Positions 25,689 to 39,369 of a DNA stretch of 64,000 nt are shown piece after piece (position 1 is the first letter of the stretch; each line of letters opens with the position of its first letter). Source of the stretch: Selaginella moellendorffii (Eukaryota > Plantae > Lycopodiophyta); NCBI RefSeq assembly GCF_000143415.4, contig NW_003314360.1, positions 290,284-354,283 on the forward strand, given 5' to 3'. The notes beneath the pieces were generated by a model. That model did no database searches, was not told where the DNA came from, and worked only from the letters and a program-made list of their open reading frames with translations. A program made the translations under genes and the position numbers.

Positions 25689-25927
25689 GATTCTTTGGAT
25701 TTTGCTTCTCTTTCGATTGTATATTTCGTAGGGTCAGAGGATGATACTCGGTCCAACTTTAACAACTTCCTTCCTAGACAACGTGACCAATCCATCATTT
25801 TCGATTGGTCATGCATACATGGCTTCATAAAACACGCTACTCGCTTGCGCGTCGAGTTTGATCATTAATGTCAAAGGAGCCAAAGTAGAAAACTACAACA
25901 AGGTTTCGGGGCTTTTCATTCTCGTGT

Positions 25928-25985
25928 AGAGCTGCTAGTCCAGATTTCCTGGTGGTTTCCTGATCTTGGTCGACACTGCCAAGAT
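25928..25985 (-). pseudogene. Short inverted fragment of the DUF506 3' end
   Basis: Reverse complement of ~20961-21022 (GGCAGTGTCGAC.AAGATCAGGAAACCA...GGACTA.CAGCTC). Confidence 0.7.
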
Positions 25986-26565
25986 CAGGAGATCACGTGC
26001 AATATGGTAGCAGCAAACTTAGGATTTGTAGTTTTGCTACCACTTTGCTTTGAGGTAATCTTCGTGCCTCTATGAAGGTAGCCCGGCCTTGTCTCCTGAG
26101 CATCGCTCTGGATATGAGAAGGATCTGTTTCCGAGGTTCGAACAACTTCATGGCCGAGGACTCATTTTGTATCGCAATGCTGCATTTGTGTCGATCGTTA
26201 CAGGCTCTGCCGCGCGATTTTGCTCGAGACCGACATCGAAGTACGAAGGACAAGAACTTCTCAAGATCGGCGACATACAACACATTTGGAATCTACAATT
26301 ACAAGGTTCGTCGCAATGATTTCTCTTTTAGAAAAAATTCACGAAGTTCTTCCTTCCATTCTTTTCGTTTTTGACGATGAAACGAATCCAGGCAGTGCTC
26401 GTAGGACAAGTCCGTTCGAAAAATCCTCGGTGATGGAAGAGCTCTCAGATCCAGTGGCACAAGGTTGCTGTCTACCCGAGAAATGAGTAAAGGATAAGGG
26501 AAAATCAATTCTCATGAAACGATTCCTGATATTCGCTGAAAATCCTCACCCCTCCACGCGAGCCA

Positions 26566-26665
26566 NNNNNNNNNNNNNNNNNNNNNNNNNNNNNNNNNNN
26601 NNNNNNNNNNNNNNNNNNNNNNNNNNNNNNNNNNNNNNNNNNNNNNNNNNNNNNNNNNNNNNNNN
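26566..26665. other. Assembly gap (100 N)
   Basis: Run of N. Confidence 1.
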
Positions 26666-28189
26666 CGAGGTAAACTCTACGCCTGTGCAAAACGTTAGCA
26701 GCATAGAAGTCGCCAGCGGATTTTGCTCGAAGACAAGTGTTTCCTAGCATTGAACTTTGATATTACAGAAGTTAAATGACATGATGGACACAATGGAAGC
26801 GCCACGAAGGGGAGCTACGTCATGAGTACGAGGCCAGTCGGGAAGAAGTGCGGGTTATTTATTCCATGTCTTTGCTATTGAGCTGTTTCATTTGATTTTA
26901 CAGAACAAAATAAAAATTTCAAGCACACTAAAGTTAAAGATTCCCTTGTCGAGTAGAGAGACCAAGACAAGAGCAAGATTAATTGAACAAAGAATGAGAA
27001 AGGTCATGTATATACATGACAACATATCTTCCTGGCTTGGAACCAACAGGTGGCCGAGTCGGAGTGGGATGGAATCCCTCTGGGGTCGTCATCATCAACG
27101 GCAGCGGCAGCAGCGGCAGCGTTTGCGACACCGGGGCTGCTTGTGGCAGGCATCGTCCTTTTCCTGCTTGCTATGGTGGCCATCGTCACCGGCATCTGGA
27201 TAACAAGGCTCTTCGAGCAGAAGGACTACGTAACGGACACTATTATCGAGAAGAAGCTGTTGAGCGGAATTGCGAACAAAAGTACGAATGTTTGCCCGAA
27301 AGACAAGAACTAATCTCCGATTGCGCTGCTGCAGGAGATACCAAAAACGAGCGAAGACATAAGCATAGAGCTGACTTCGCTGCTCAAACCTTCGGAGTGG
27401 ATCATGAGATTTGAAGACGTGAACTGCTCACAAAGGAATTCCACAGATCTTTGGGCCCGAGCACGACAAAATCTTTCCGTTTGATCCGTTACTGGTTCCG
27501 CCAGAATTGGATGGTGAGCGGATTTGGACTCGTTCTCACATCTGGTGGCATACAGAAACGGACGCCATTCAGCCTGATAGCAGCATCGTCGAGGCAAACA
27601 AAGAAGTATAGCGTCGCTATTGCAGACAAACCACGGGTTTTGAAGTTCCACGATACCGGGTGGCTGTATATGCAACTGCGGTCTAAGTCTAGGAGTGGAA
27701 CTACCTTTCTCGGTTTCAAAAGCGACACAACAAGGTATCTGTGATGCAAATTCTTTTTATCGGTTTTCTCTTGCTTCTTGTCAAAGGTTCTCCAGGATAA
27801 AATGACGGAAAAGAAACGCGTCTGGGGAGGCTCCAAACTGCACTACAGCAGTACTTGAATGGTATCACTGTCAATGAGAATGCTATCAGGTCTTCGTTTT
27901 CAATATTATCAGGTATCTAAAACAATTTCTCTCATCTTCCGCTCAAGAGACCATGGTAGAGAGGTTTTCTTGCTGTCTAGAGGCTGCAAGCTCCTAGCAA
28001 AGGAGAGGAGCCTCATGAAGACTAAAGAGACACTCGGCTATCTTCTAAGGGAATGTGAAGCATCATAGGCTGGCAAAGAGGCGCTTGCTTTGCTGTTAGC
28101 AACAAACGCCCAGGTAAGGTACTTGCTGTAGATTGTACGAGAAAGCTATGCTTGTGAGAAGCACTCTTAAATTAAAATAAAAGGAATGT

Positions 28190-30310
28190 TTATTGTGGAT
28201 TGGGAGGCCTGCTGTTAGCAGAGGAGACTCGACTTCCCCACTCGAGGAGCTCCTTGCTCGTATCATCTTTGTGAACAATGCACTCTAGAAAACAAAGGCT
28301 GTCCTTCTTCTCGCCCTGAGCTTTGGCTATAGCTTCGATAAGATCCTTCTCATTTCTCACCTGAGGAAACAAATAAAAAGACTTATTTTAGAGTCTAGAA
28401 AAGGATAGAACTACAGGCCTACCTTTGCAGTCCAGCATTTGCCTTCATTGTTGTGAAACGCATCCACAACTCCGGTGTAGTTCCAGTTCTTGATGATGTT
28501 GTAGGGGCCATCGTGGATCTCAACTTCAATGGTGTAGCCTCCGTTGTTTATCAGAAAGATGATGTTCTTCTGGCCATATCGGATCATGGTAGACACATCC
28601 TGAGCAGTCACCTGGATTCGCGATCTCTCGTGCGTAAAAACCTTGAGACTACTAAAGAGTTGTGATGATACCTGAAAACTTCCGTCTCCAATGCATGAGA
28701 TGACACGCTTGTCTTTGGCCGCTTGAGCGTAGCCCAAGGTAGCTCCAACTGACCATCCAATTGATCCATATTGCATCTGGAACTCAAAGCTTTTTTCGAC
28801 AAGATGGAATGAGTTTCGATCGAGGAGATAAGTTCATCGTGTCTTACCCGCATCCATCAGGGAGCTTAAACTTCTGGCAATTGAACCAAGAATCACCAGT
28901 CTCAGCAATCACTGCACTGTCCTTGGACAACATCTCCTGAACCAAAACAACAAGCTTCCAACGTGAGAAAGGCAAGAGTTCGTGTACAAATCAAACACCT
29001 GGAACAAGAAGAGCCACTTTACCTGGATGTGCTTGAAGAGGACATTGACACGAAGAGCATCCGTGCTGCCGTGTGTCACAACGTGTCCCTCAGGAACATA
29101 CATCCTCTGGAAGTTTTGGTAAGCAGTGTCGTTCTTGCGGAGCCTCTTGGCCAGAGCCTTGAGGAAATCTCTCATGAGAATGCAACCAAACGAGAGGCGA
29201 CCTCCGATGGTCACCCTCTCGCTTTGCACCATGATAGCCTTCTCCTTGTTGATGAGCAGCGAGTAGCCAACCGAGCTGTAATCGTTGAAAACCGGTCCGG
29301 CAAAGAGATAGGCGTCGGCCGACTCGACGATCTCCAAGCAATAAGGAGTGCTCACGGCTCCCCAGTACGTTCCAATGAATCGAGGATAGGACTCTGGGAA
29401 GTAGCCCTTGGCGGATGGCATCACGGCAACTGGGTAGCTGCAAGCATCGGCGAGCTCCACAAACTCGTCCACCGCTCGGCAAGCTTTGAGCTTGTTGCCA
29501 GCCACGAGCACCGGCTTGACTGCCGCGTTTAGGAACTCCGCGGCGGCAGTGACTGCCGCTTCCAAGCTCTGGTAGTTGCTCATCCTGGCGAGAAGAGCAA
29601 GGAAAACGAGTGTGTCAACTTTACGTTTGGATCGATCGATCACCTGGGAGAGATCGCGTAAGGAACCGGTTCTTTGCTGAAAGTTGGATGCTCGAGGGCG
29701 GCGAGGTTGCAGCAAACGCTGATGTAGACGGGCTTGCTCTCGCGAAGAGCAGTAGAAATCGCTCCATCGATGAGCTCGTGCGCGTCTTCCAGGTGCTGGA
29801 TCACGGCCTGTGGAAAAACTTTAGCATAGGCCTAGAGAGAAGATAGAACAACTAAAGATCTTGGCTATGGCTTCTCTAGATTACCTGTGCGCACGTCACA
29901 GCTTGGAAGCAGCGAAGCTCCTGGCTGAAATCCGGGATGCCAATGGTGTGGTGGAGGATCCGGTTGGTCCCATAGTCATTGGAATTGGGGCCTCCCACTA
30001 TACAAATCACTGGCAAGTTCTCGCTGTAAGCTCCAGCGATGGCGTTGAGGACGCTCAATCCCCCGACCGTGAAGGTGACGGCGCACGCCCCAACCCCGCG
30101 GGATCGAGCGTAGCCATCGGCGGCGTAGCCAGCGTTGAGCTCGTTGCAGCAGCCCACCAGCGAGAGGCCTGGATGGTAGATGAGCTGATCCAGGAGAACC
30201 AGATTGAAATCCCCTGGCACCGCGAAGAGATCGCTCACGCCGATCTCCACCAGGCGCCGCGCGATGTGGCTGCCCAGCGTTGGCGAGCACGATGCATCCG
30301 GCCGTGGCAT
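28190..30310 (-). CDS. PDC: Pyruvate decarboxylase (TPP-dependent), multi-exon
   Basis: [100 protein letters not shown]; start codon tentative. Confidence 0.96.
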
Positions 30311-30645
30311 CTTGCGATTGATCGATCGATCGACCGATCGAGGAAGAATGCGATTGACCCCTGTTCTCCCCTGCTAAATAGTGATCGCCAATCGAGAGAG
30401 AGAAGAGGGAATCGCGGGATAGAAAATCTTTTTTGTTGCGGCCAGCCTCTTCACGGATGCTCGCCACCAAAGCAGGCCAAATGGCTGCTAGCTCGGCTAT
30501 GGCGGCAGCAAATCCTAGCCGTCCATCTTCTTAACTCAAAAAAATCAAGGATTTCTTAATGTTTGAGAGATACACCTGAGCAGCAGTAGTTTTTTAACGG
30601 GAGAAAACAAAATTGGTGTTTCTCTAGCGATCATCGCCTGTAGCT

Positions 30646-33600
30646 CTATTGTTGCGGCCACTTTGGATAGACGCGCTTGTATAGATTCACGCATACCGCG
30701 TCTCTCTGCTGGACGACGCCATCGAACACGCATTTCATAGCTCCTGGAAGCACGGAAGTATAAGAAGCGAGCGAGGTTTTCTCAATCTCCGAAACACTGA
30801 CCTCTAGTTCCTACTGGTTCCATGATCCGGCCCCTTCTTCCATACTTTGTCCACAGCTCAAGAGGCTGCAAAAGCATTTTCATGTTAGAGGGAACTCGTA
30901 AGCAACACTCCATCACCTTAAACCATTTGACGTCTTCGGGATTGTGAAACATGTAGCGAACGATTGCTTTTCTTTTCGAGACTCTAAGAGGGTATCTGTG
31001 GATTGATCAAGTCATGGAAAGGCCGTTAGAGAAATGCAGAACTGTGTCTGAGCTTACCCCGAAAGTATGATCTTCTTTAGAATGATCCTGTCCGGGTCTG
31101 CATTCTTCAGCAAACCTGATGCTACGTAGTGTAGATTTTGAGCGTCACGCTTGAAGACTACGAGCGGGCCGGGTGGGAACTGCACGGGCATAATGACCGA
31201 CGCCACAGAGAATCGTCCTGCATGAAGAAAACGTTCGTACTTATGCTTGTTCATGTTGATATCGTCAGTGGAAAATATGGGCCTACATCAAATTCACATT
31301 CAAAAAAGTAACAATGTGAGTGTCTCTAGAAACTTTGAGAGAAGATTGGCTCACCTGGTGAAATAAGATCGAAAGCCTATGTGGAAAAGCAAATTCTCTT
31401 TCGATTTGATTGGTTCCGTGAAGCTATCGTTCTTCTTGATGCTGCCAGAGACGTCAACAGGACGTGTCATGCATACGTAGAAAAAGAAAACAAACTCTTA
31501 ACGTCTCACCTGAAATGCACGACGGTCATCTTGGATTCATGCTGGAATAACCCACAGGCCACCAGAGGACACGTCCTATAGGATTCCAAAAGGCTCGCAG
31601 CGACGGAACTCGAGAAGTTCCTTATATGAAGTCTCACAAACGAGCCCGTACACGCTGAGAACGCCTCGTCGACGCAGCTAGCCTTCTTGGTAACATGCTT
31701 CATTGTTCTGTTAAAGTTGTCAAACGCAAATATTCTTGCGTAGTCCGCTGGCAGAGATTCCTGAGCAAACGCATTACTTTGAGAAATGACAAGGAAGGAG
31801 ACGAAACCTTTGGATCCCAAGCTGAAGTTCGCATGGATTTTAATCCTCTATATCTGGCAAAACGCTCTCTAGCTGGTACATCCATGGGTGTATCCACCTC
31901 ATCCGGAAATTCTGAAAATGCGCGGGCGCTAGAAAACGTAAAATAAAAATAAAAGAATCGTTCAGACCTTCATCGCTTCTAACAGCCTCTTTCAGACGCT
32001 GAATCTCTTCTTTACGCTGACTGATGCTCAAAGGTTCATCATCCTGCAAGCACAACACAGCAATGTTTAAAAGACACCACAGATGCCGCTTCTTTTACCA
32101 TCATTTCGCTTGTGTCTGCTTCAGTCCCCTCGTCCTCAAATGCGCCGCGTGATGCATCATCTTGATACTCATCGTCACACTGCATCTCTTGTGTGTTTTC
32201 GGCATTTTCAATGTCACTTCCCTCTTCTTCATCAGACTCATCCATAATCCAGGATGCCTATATGAACAGAAAATCATTGCTGAATAAAATTCAACACCTC
32301 AAACCTGATAATCAGAAGTCCCCTTGGGCAGCTTTCTGCGTTTCCGGCCTTGGTCTCGGACATCAGATTTAGCCAGTTCTTCTTCGGTTGGCCATGTCTA
32401 CACGCACGACATGTAAATTCATTCCCTCTTCTATAATATGGGGTTACCTGCTCGCCAGCAAGAGGATCAGGGATGTTCTCTATAACAAGAGCTTCCTGCT
32501 TGTTTGGATCTGGAAGTATTTCCTGCGGCCAAAAAATAAAATGTCAAAGTTCCCACCCGTGTTACGACGCGTTACCTTGTGTGCGTCTACTGCCATGCCG
32601 TCAAACTTTTTATTAGACAGAGGGCAAGGATCGTCAAGAATCTCCATCTTTTCCAACTGAAAATCCCCTATTCCTGATATGTGAATCTGCGACAATTTAA
32701 TGAGAAAGCTCGGTCTACATCTTAAGCACCATCTATTTTAATTACCAGCTTATTGACTGAAAGGCTTTGCTCCCGAACATAGCCTGAAAGACGCAGCGTT
32801 CCCACGCTAGGAGAGTGGGAATCAGCTTCAAAGGCAAGCTTCATGCAACAAGGCTATAAGCACAGCAACGACATTTCCGACGAGTGCTAACCTGCTCTGC
32901 CATTACGTATGGCCGCTGCGAACGCCATTGAAGGTGAGAAGGACGCTGCTCGGAAATATGCCTAAGCATCTGCACTCATTGTGCGTTAAGAGGAAACGAA
33001 AGAAGTATGTATAAACCTGTTGAGCTTCGTCGTTGCTACTGCCATCGAAGGTTTTTACGTGAGGAGGAAATTCAGCCTCGAGTCTATCGTGATAGAGCTT
33101 CCTAACATCTGAGCGTTTCTTAGAAGCCACATCTCCCAACCCCTGCCACATTGTTTATCAATCGTAAGGAAAAGCTCCGAGCTATCGTACCAATGGAATG
33201 CCAATAGTATGTGGGAGACCTTGTGCCTTCAACATGGAAAGAACAGGCTTGCCACTCTTTTCAAAAACGTTTTCGTCATTCTCCGCTACGGAGAACACGA
33301 AAGCAACAATGTCTGCCACCTGCAAGCACAGGATCTTTGTTACAAACTGCGATCATCGACCTACACAGAAGAAAAAATCACCTTGACAGCTTCTAGGCAG
33401 GTTTGGAGGTCCCCGTAAGGTGCCTCAAGCACCTACACGAAAAGTTTTGCAAGATACGATTGGAAAAAGTTTCAACAGCCTTACTTACAGTTAATCTGAA
33501 TTTGAGTCTTGGTATACTGATGGAACCGAGACTTCCCTCACTTCGATTTTCAGTTTCCATGGCGTCAACAGCACCGGACTCATCGCCCAGGCATGCTGCA

Positions 33601-34050
33601 ACAATTCTCTTCTTGAGTTCTCCAGTTTGTGCCCGAGAATCCAAAGGAACCAGAACCTGGGGCAGAATAGCAAGTCCTACGCAAGCACAAATATTAAAAG
33701 AACTCACGAGTACACGAGGAGCACTTTTATCTCCTTTAATTCCACGCCTCTCGGAGAGCAAAATCGCTCGTTTGCTGTCACGAATCTAAAACACAAGCTC
33801 CGTTAAATTCATTCCACGGGATTCAATCCTCTTACATTTTTGTTCCTCTGCAACCTGAGCTCCTTGGCACTCTGCTGGACTGCGGATTTCTTTGAATTCT
33901 TCTCCTCTGCAAGAGGAGTCACAAACTATATCACTCTAATCCGCGCGACTTACTTGTAGTCCCTGCCAATTTGTGATCTCGACGAGAAGATTTGGAGGAG
34001 AAGCGCGTCTTGTGAGCCTTGTTCTTCTGCGCTCTCCCCGATCCAGCCAT
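30646..34050 (-). CDS. TSR1: Pre-rRNA-processing protein TSR1 (Bms1/Tsr1 family), many short introns
   Basis: N-term [17 protein letters not shown]; [96 protein letters not shown]. Confidence 0.93.
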
Positions 34051-34192
34051 TGCCGTTATAACCCCAAAACCCTAGCTAGGGTAATGGACATTGGCCGTTT
34101 TTCCCATTTAAAAATTTTAGGGCTCTTGCTATAGCTATGGCGGACCGCAGGTATTTCTCTGGATTCCTAGCGTAGACCGGCGCGATCGGGCG
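34051..34192. promoter_or_regulatory. Very short bidirectional promoter region with telo-box-like motifs
   Basis: ~140 bp between divergent ORFs; AAACCCTAG at 34067 within the palindrome ACCCTAGCTAGGGT (34069-34082); TTTTAGGG near 34115. Confidence 0.6.
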
Positions 34193-36419
34193 ATGAACAG
34201 CGAGGCTAGCTTCATTCGCGAGGAGCGGCGTCTCCTCACCGAGCAGATCGATAGGCAGCGACAGTCGAGGAAGGAACTCCTCAACAATCTCCGCAATGCC
34301 GATCCAGAAATCTCGGCCTCGCTGGATCTCGCAGCCGCCATGTCTGACTGCTCGCCTCGGTTTCTTCCACGGCCGCGCAGGGATCGCAAGCCAGAGCGAG
34401 CTCTGGATTCCCAGGCCGGGCAGCCAGACTCGGGTAGCGCATTGGAGCTTGTCAAGGGATTGATCGCCGGCTGTTTGGTTTCTCCAGGCACTGCCATTCC
34501 CATCGACTCGATTGGACTGGCGAGGAGAATGCCCACAGATTTTAGCGCGGCCGAGAGAGAGGCAGTGGATTTGATTGGGGGGCCTGGTGGTGTGATTGGC
34601 GCTGTTGAGGCAGGCTTGAGAGCTCTTGCTGATGGGATTGGAGCTCCAATGGAGGTCGAAGAGTGCGTTCTTGGTGGTAAGAAAAGGATCATGGTTCTCA
34701 GCGTGGACAAGGCTAGATTGGCAGGAGAAGCTCGTGGTCATTCGCAGCAGCCTTCTGGCGACAGTGGATCGCTCCACTCGGCATCCGCTCGGTCGACCAC
34801 AAATGCCGAGAGCGGGCATTTGCACACGGTTTTTCCTCACGCGATGGGACTTCCCCCGAGGATGATGGCTGGAATGGGATTTGGAGGTATGCTTCCTTTC
34901 CAGCAAAGGCCTGGACAATTGCCCACGAAATCTGGCAGTGAGGATGTTATGAAGGATCTGGAGACTTTGCTCGCCAAGAAATCGTATCTCGAGTCACAAA
35001 AATCAAAGACTGGAGAAGAGCTCTTGGATCTTCTTCATCGGCCGACTGCGAAGGAGACTGCTGTGGCAGCAAAGGTTTGTTTCTCAACTCTTTTTTTTCC
35101 TTTTCTGTTTACTCTTATATGGTTGTCTGTTATCGCAGTTTAAAACAAAAGGTGGCTCGGCCTTGAAAGAGTACTGCCCATCACTGACGAAAGAAGATTG
35201 CCGTGGTCATCGAGGTTCTTATTTGCCATGCGAAAAGGTCGTTCGTTTCATTGCTGCTACAAGCGAGTTTTAACCCCAAGCTCTCTGTATGTTCGCAGAT
35301 GCATTTTCGCAGGATCATTTCTCTACACACGGATGTGAACTTGGGCGATTGCTCGTTCCTGGACACATGCAGACACATGAAGGTATGGATCTTCTTCCCG
35401 CAAGAGCTTTGAAAGAAAGTCAAATTCTCGCAGACATGCAAATACGTCCACTACGAGCTTGATGCTACGCTAGATGTTCCTGGTGTCTCACGCTCGCTTT
35501 CGAAACCCAGAGCCGACTACTGCTCTGAGGTTGAGCTTGGCGAACCGCAGTGGGTCAACTGCGATATCCGTTCCTTCAAAATGGAAATACTCGGCCAGTT
35601 TGGAGTCATCATGGCTGATCCTCCTTGGGACATTCACATGGAGCTTCCATACGGAACGATGTCTGATGATGAGATGCGGAACTTGAATGTTCCGGTCTTA
35701 CAAACGGACGGGCTTCTTTTCCTCTGGGTAACAGGACGAGCAATGGAGCTTGGACGGGAATGGTAACAAATCTTTCCTCTTCGATTATAGTTTTTTTCTT
35801 GCTAAGAGCAGTTTCTTTTCTCATACAGCTTGGAACTATGGGGCTACAAACGAGTCGAGGAACTTATCTGGGTGAAGACAAACCAATTGCAACGGATAAT
35901 CCGGACCGGACGGACAGGCCACTGGCTCAACCATTCCAAAGAGCATTGCTTGGTTGGGATCAAGGGCAACCCGGAGGTAAACAGGAACATTGACACTGAT
36001 GTCATCGTAGCCGAAGTCAGGGAGACAAGCCGAAAGCCGGACGAGGTTTCTTACATACTTTATACGTCTTTCTCGTCTTTTCTTCTCACCAGCATTCTTT
36101 TATCTTGTGTGTAGATGTATCCAATGCTGGAACGAATAAGTCCTCGAACGCGAAAGCTGGAGTTGTTTGCCAGAATGCACAACACACATGCAGGGTACAG
36201 TTCCCTCTCGTGTTTCTCTGTTTTTCTAGTCGAGCTATCTGTTGGATGTTTGATTCTTTCAGGTGGATATCTCTAGGCAACCAGCTGAACGGTGTTCGCC
36301 TGGTTGACGATAACCTGCGAAGGCGTTTCAAAGCAGCATATCCAGATGTTGAAGTCCACCCTCCTAATCTGTCTTTCGGCACTGAAACATCTTCGTCTCA
36401 AGCTCCTCTTTTGGTGTGA
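34193..36419 (+). CDS. MTA: mRNA N6-adenosine methyltransferase MT-A70/METTL3 (plant MTA)
   Basis: LLHRPTAKE; CCCH zinc fingers ([22 protein letters not shown]); catalytic [10 protein letters not shown]; [14 protein letters not shown]; [17 protein letters not shown]; RETSRKPDE; GWISLGNQL; start codon tentative. Confidence 0.96.
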
Positions 36420-36786
36420 CACACGTAAGTAATTCTCTGTTTATTTCAATCTCTCTGATGACTCCTGCATTTTTTTCCTCAGAATTGTATGCTATGGTGT
36501 CAAGCTTTCTTCGAGTGCTGGAGATATCACGCCGAAAGAAGGTGTGAGGCCGGTAAGCTAGTGTCAAGTTTGATTCTTGGACGTAAACTGGCCCTTGGCT
36601 ATGCAGTTTATTGCGTGTTGCTGCAACACGAAAAGCTTTCTTGTGGAATAGTTCACCCAAGAGTTTTTCTATCTCTAATCAAAGATCGAGCAAATCCAGC
36701 ATTCCAAATTCTTCCCTTGCGAGATTAGATGATCATTTGTACAATAACGTCCAATAACAAAACACTAACAATAACGAAATATCATT

Positions 36787-37209
36787 CTAAATGGACCATT
36801 CAAGCTGCAAAACTGAGGGTTCATCCTGTTCTTTGCCAACATGTCTACAATCCACACCAAATTCCATAGCCAGCCCATCAACAAAGAAATAGATCTCCTC
36901 CCTGGGTACCTCCTTGAGCATAACCTTACTGCAAAAGTCATGGTTTCCGGTGAGAAAAACGAAGTCTTTTCTTTCTCTATCCCAGCACCCGCTGATCCAC
37001 TGCTGGAATGACTCTTTCGCTTCCTGGCCTAAGGTATCAAACCAGAGCCGCATGCTCCTCCACTCCAGAAAAACGTCCCAGATAAAAGGAGTACAAAGCT
37101 CGGGATCCTCCTCGTACCAGCACCAACTTTCATCATCGTCACTTCGCATACTGTTTGGAGCAAAGAATTGCGCGCCGCCAACTATCATCCGCTGCTTCCA
37201 AGCTCCCAA
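36787..37209 (-). CDS. Hypothetical Trp/Glu-rich protein or fragment
   Basis: 140-aa ORF with protein-like composition; no family recognised. Confidence 0.3.
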   Translation of the reverse strand: MGAWKQRMIVGGAQFFAPNSMRSDDDESWCWYEEDPELCTPFIWDVFLEWRSMRLWFDTLGQEAKESFQQWISGCWDRERKDFVFLTGNHDFCSKVMLKEVPREEIYFFVDGLAMEFGVDCRHVGKEQDEPSVLQLEWSI

Positions 37210-37459
37210 CCTTGGTTCGCTTTCTAAGGTTTGAGCGGCAAGCCTGTCGCAGATGTAGGTCCTGGGAGAGGAAGTGACTCATCAATTCAAAACATATCTG
37301 TGTATGTACCTTATTTCAGAGCTTGGACGATTGATCATACTCATCCAGTGATCTTTGTGCCATTGCAAAAGCTCCAAGCTCAACATCGTACAAGAACGAA
37401 AGCCCTAAAACCAAAGCTCTATTTATGGAGCCCTAAAACGTAGGGCTCTGAGGTTTAAG

Positions 37460-38640
37460 CTGAGTTGCTTGATCTGGCATCTCACTCGAGAAAGAAGAGA
37501 GAGGCGAGCTTCCTCGATGGTTTCCATCCATGGAGGAAGCTGCAACTCCAGCAGCCAAAGGACTTCAAGCGACGAGCGATTGCTCTAGGGGATTTGCTGC
37601 TGCTCCAAGGCAACTTTGACGAGGCTGAGGCGAGCTTCCAGAGGGCGATATCTTCCGCGGCTACTGCTGGCGATCGAGACGAGGAGAATCGCGTCACAGC
37701 TCAGGTGAAGCTTGGGATGCTGCTCGAGAACTTGGGTCGGCTGGACGAGGCGGAGTTCCAGCTTAAGCAAGCGTCCTGCACTGGCTCCACTACTCACTAT
37801 GGGGTTTTCAAGTTCCTCCAGCTCTTCCTCTTCGACCATGGCACTGCCACAGATCTCTCTGCAAGCGTCGACGGTTGCTGTGGTGGAGCGCCGCCTTACA
37901 CTGTACGAGTCTCGGACGATTTAAGCTGTGCACGGTTTGGACGGCTCAGGCTGGGCCTTGTCAAGTCAGCCTGAGCCGGCTCAGGCAATTGCAGAGCTCA
38001 AGCTCAAGCTGGCCAACCGCCCACACATCACACACGACGCATCTTTGCATCTCCGACGAGTTGGGGAAGTCCGGGAAAGTTGGTGTCGCTGTTGAGTCTT
38101 TGGAGAAACTTGGACAGAAGAAGGCGATTGACGGCTCGTGGATTTGGCTAGAAAATCCAAAGAGTATCCTGTTAGCAGCGCCTTGTGTACAAGACACCAC
38201 TTTGGGATCTCTAGCTTGGAGGGGGCATAGATTTGCGAGAACCAGACAGCAAAGTGAAGTATAAACACGGACAAGGTACAGGCTTCACTTTTACAGGCTG
38301 AAAGTTCTTGTCCTGCTTACAGCTTCCAAGTTTATACTCGCCAAGCGGTCATACCTTGAGCCTCAAACTTGCATCTTCTTCGTCAGCGGTTTGGTTTCTA
38401 GAATGTTTCTGTCATTTCCCTCGTCACATTGCCTGTTGTAATTTTAAATTGGTCACACACAGGAAGAGTTCTTTAATCAGATGCAGGATCATTGCTCACA
38501 CGGAAGGTATGGATCTTCTTCTCGAAAGGGCTCTAAAAGATTTTTATTCTTGCAGAAATGTGCTCCACAATAGATGGGTGTTATACGTGGAGCCGAAGCG
38601 CACTAGAGACAAGGCCTAAGCTCGCCTCAAGTTTTCGTAA
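37460..38640 (+). pseudogene. TPR-like gene copy 1 (degenerate) followed by MTA-derived remnants
   Basis: 37535-37830 near-identical to 39740-40060; GAAGGTATGGATCTTCTTC at ~38502 matches the MTA exon/intron junction at ~35380. Confidence 0.75.
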
Positions 38641-39369
38641 CCGACTGGAAAAGAATTTCAATTGCAAGGTATGATTCAGTTTCATTTATACAGTGTCTCA
38701 TTTTAATACGATATCATCCTGAAGTGTTACCTAGTCTCTTGGTGCTGTATTGGGGTCGCGACTGTATTCGGACCGGAGAAAATCCAGCGTTGCTCCGAGT
38801 GTTGACGATGTTGAGCTCTGCAATGGCACAAAAACGCTGGGTGGGAATGATCAATTGTCCAAGCTAGAGTACATTTTATATTGGATGGACACTAAAGATC
38901 CCCTTATACTTTACAAAATCGATTAGTTAATTTCGCTCCAAACTCATAGTCTAGAAAACGCTGGTGACGAGTAGTATAGTCCAGAACACGTTGGGACGAG
39001 TGGAAAAACGCTGGGACGAGAGGTATAGAGGATCGGTGTCGCTCCACCATACATGACGGCCTGTGCGTGCTCATCGACGAATTGGCAGATTCATTCTTTA
39101 TGTCGAGCAAGAACTGAAAGCTGTGTCGTATTTGCCCCGCTGAAGATTCTCGACGAGATTGCGCAGTACCTATTGCTCCAAGAAACACTCTTTAGCCTCG
39201 ATCAAACCTATGAGAGCAGACCTCCGCTTGATAGAACCTCGCAAGTCGTGAAACTTGCGGGCAGTGGATTCCGACACATCGCCGCCAAGAGCCTCGTAAA
39301 TCGCTCTGACCCACATGCTCGCGACCAAGCAGCGAGGGCGTCGAGGTAGGGAAGCTCTTGCGCCGCGAC

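Noticed and set aside
26890-27840. Possible TM-containing gene remnant
   Set aside because: Hydrophobic ORF pieces with stops; no family recognised and exon structure cannot be supported.
34076-34918. 280-aa and 191-aa antisense ORFs over MTA exon 1 (similar ones over PDC, GulLO, DUF632)
   Set aside because: Expected shadows of GC-rich coding sequence; no recognisable motifs.
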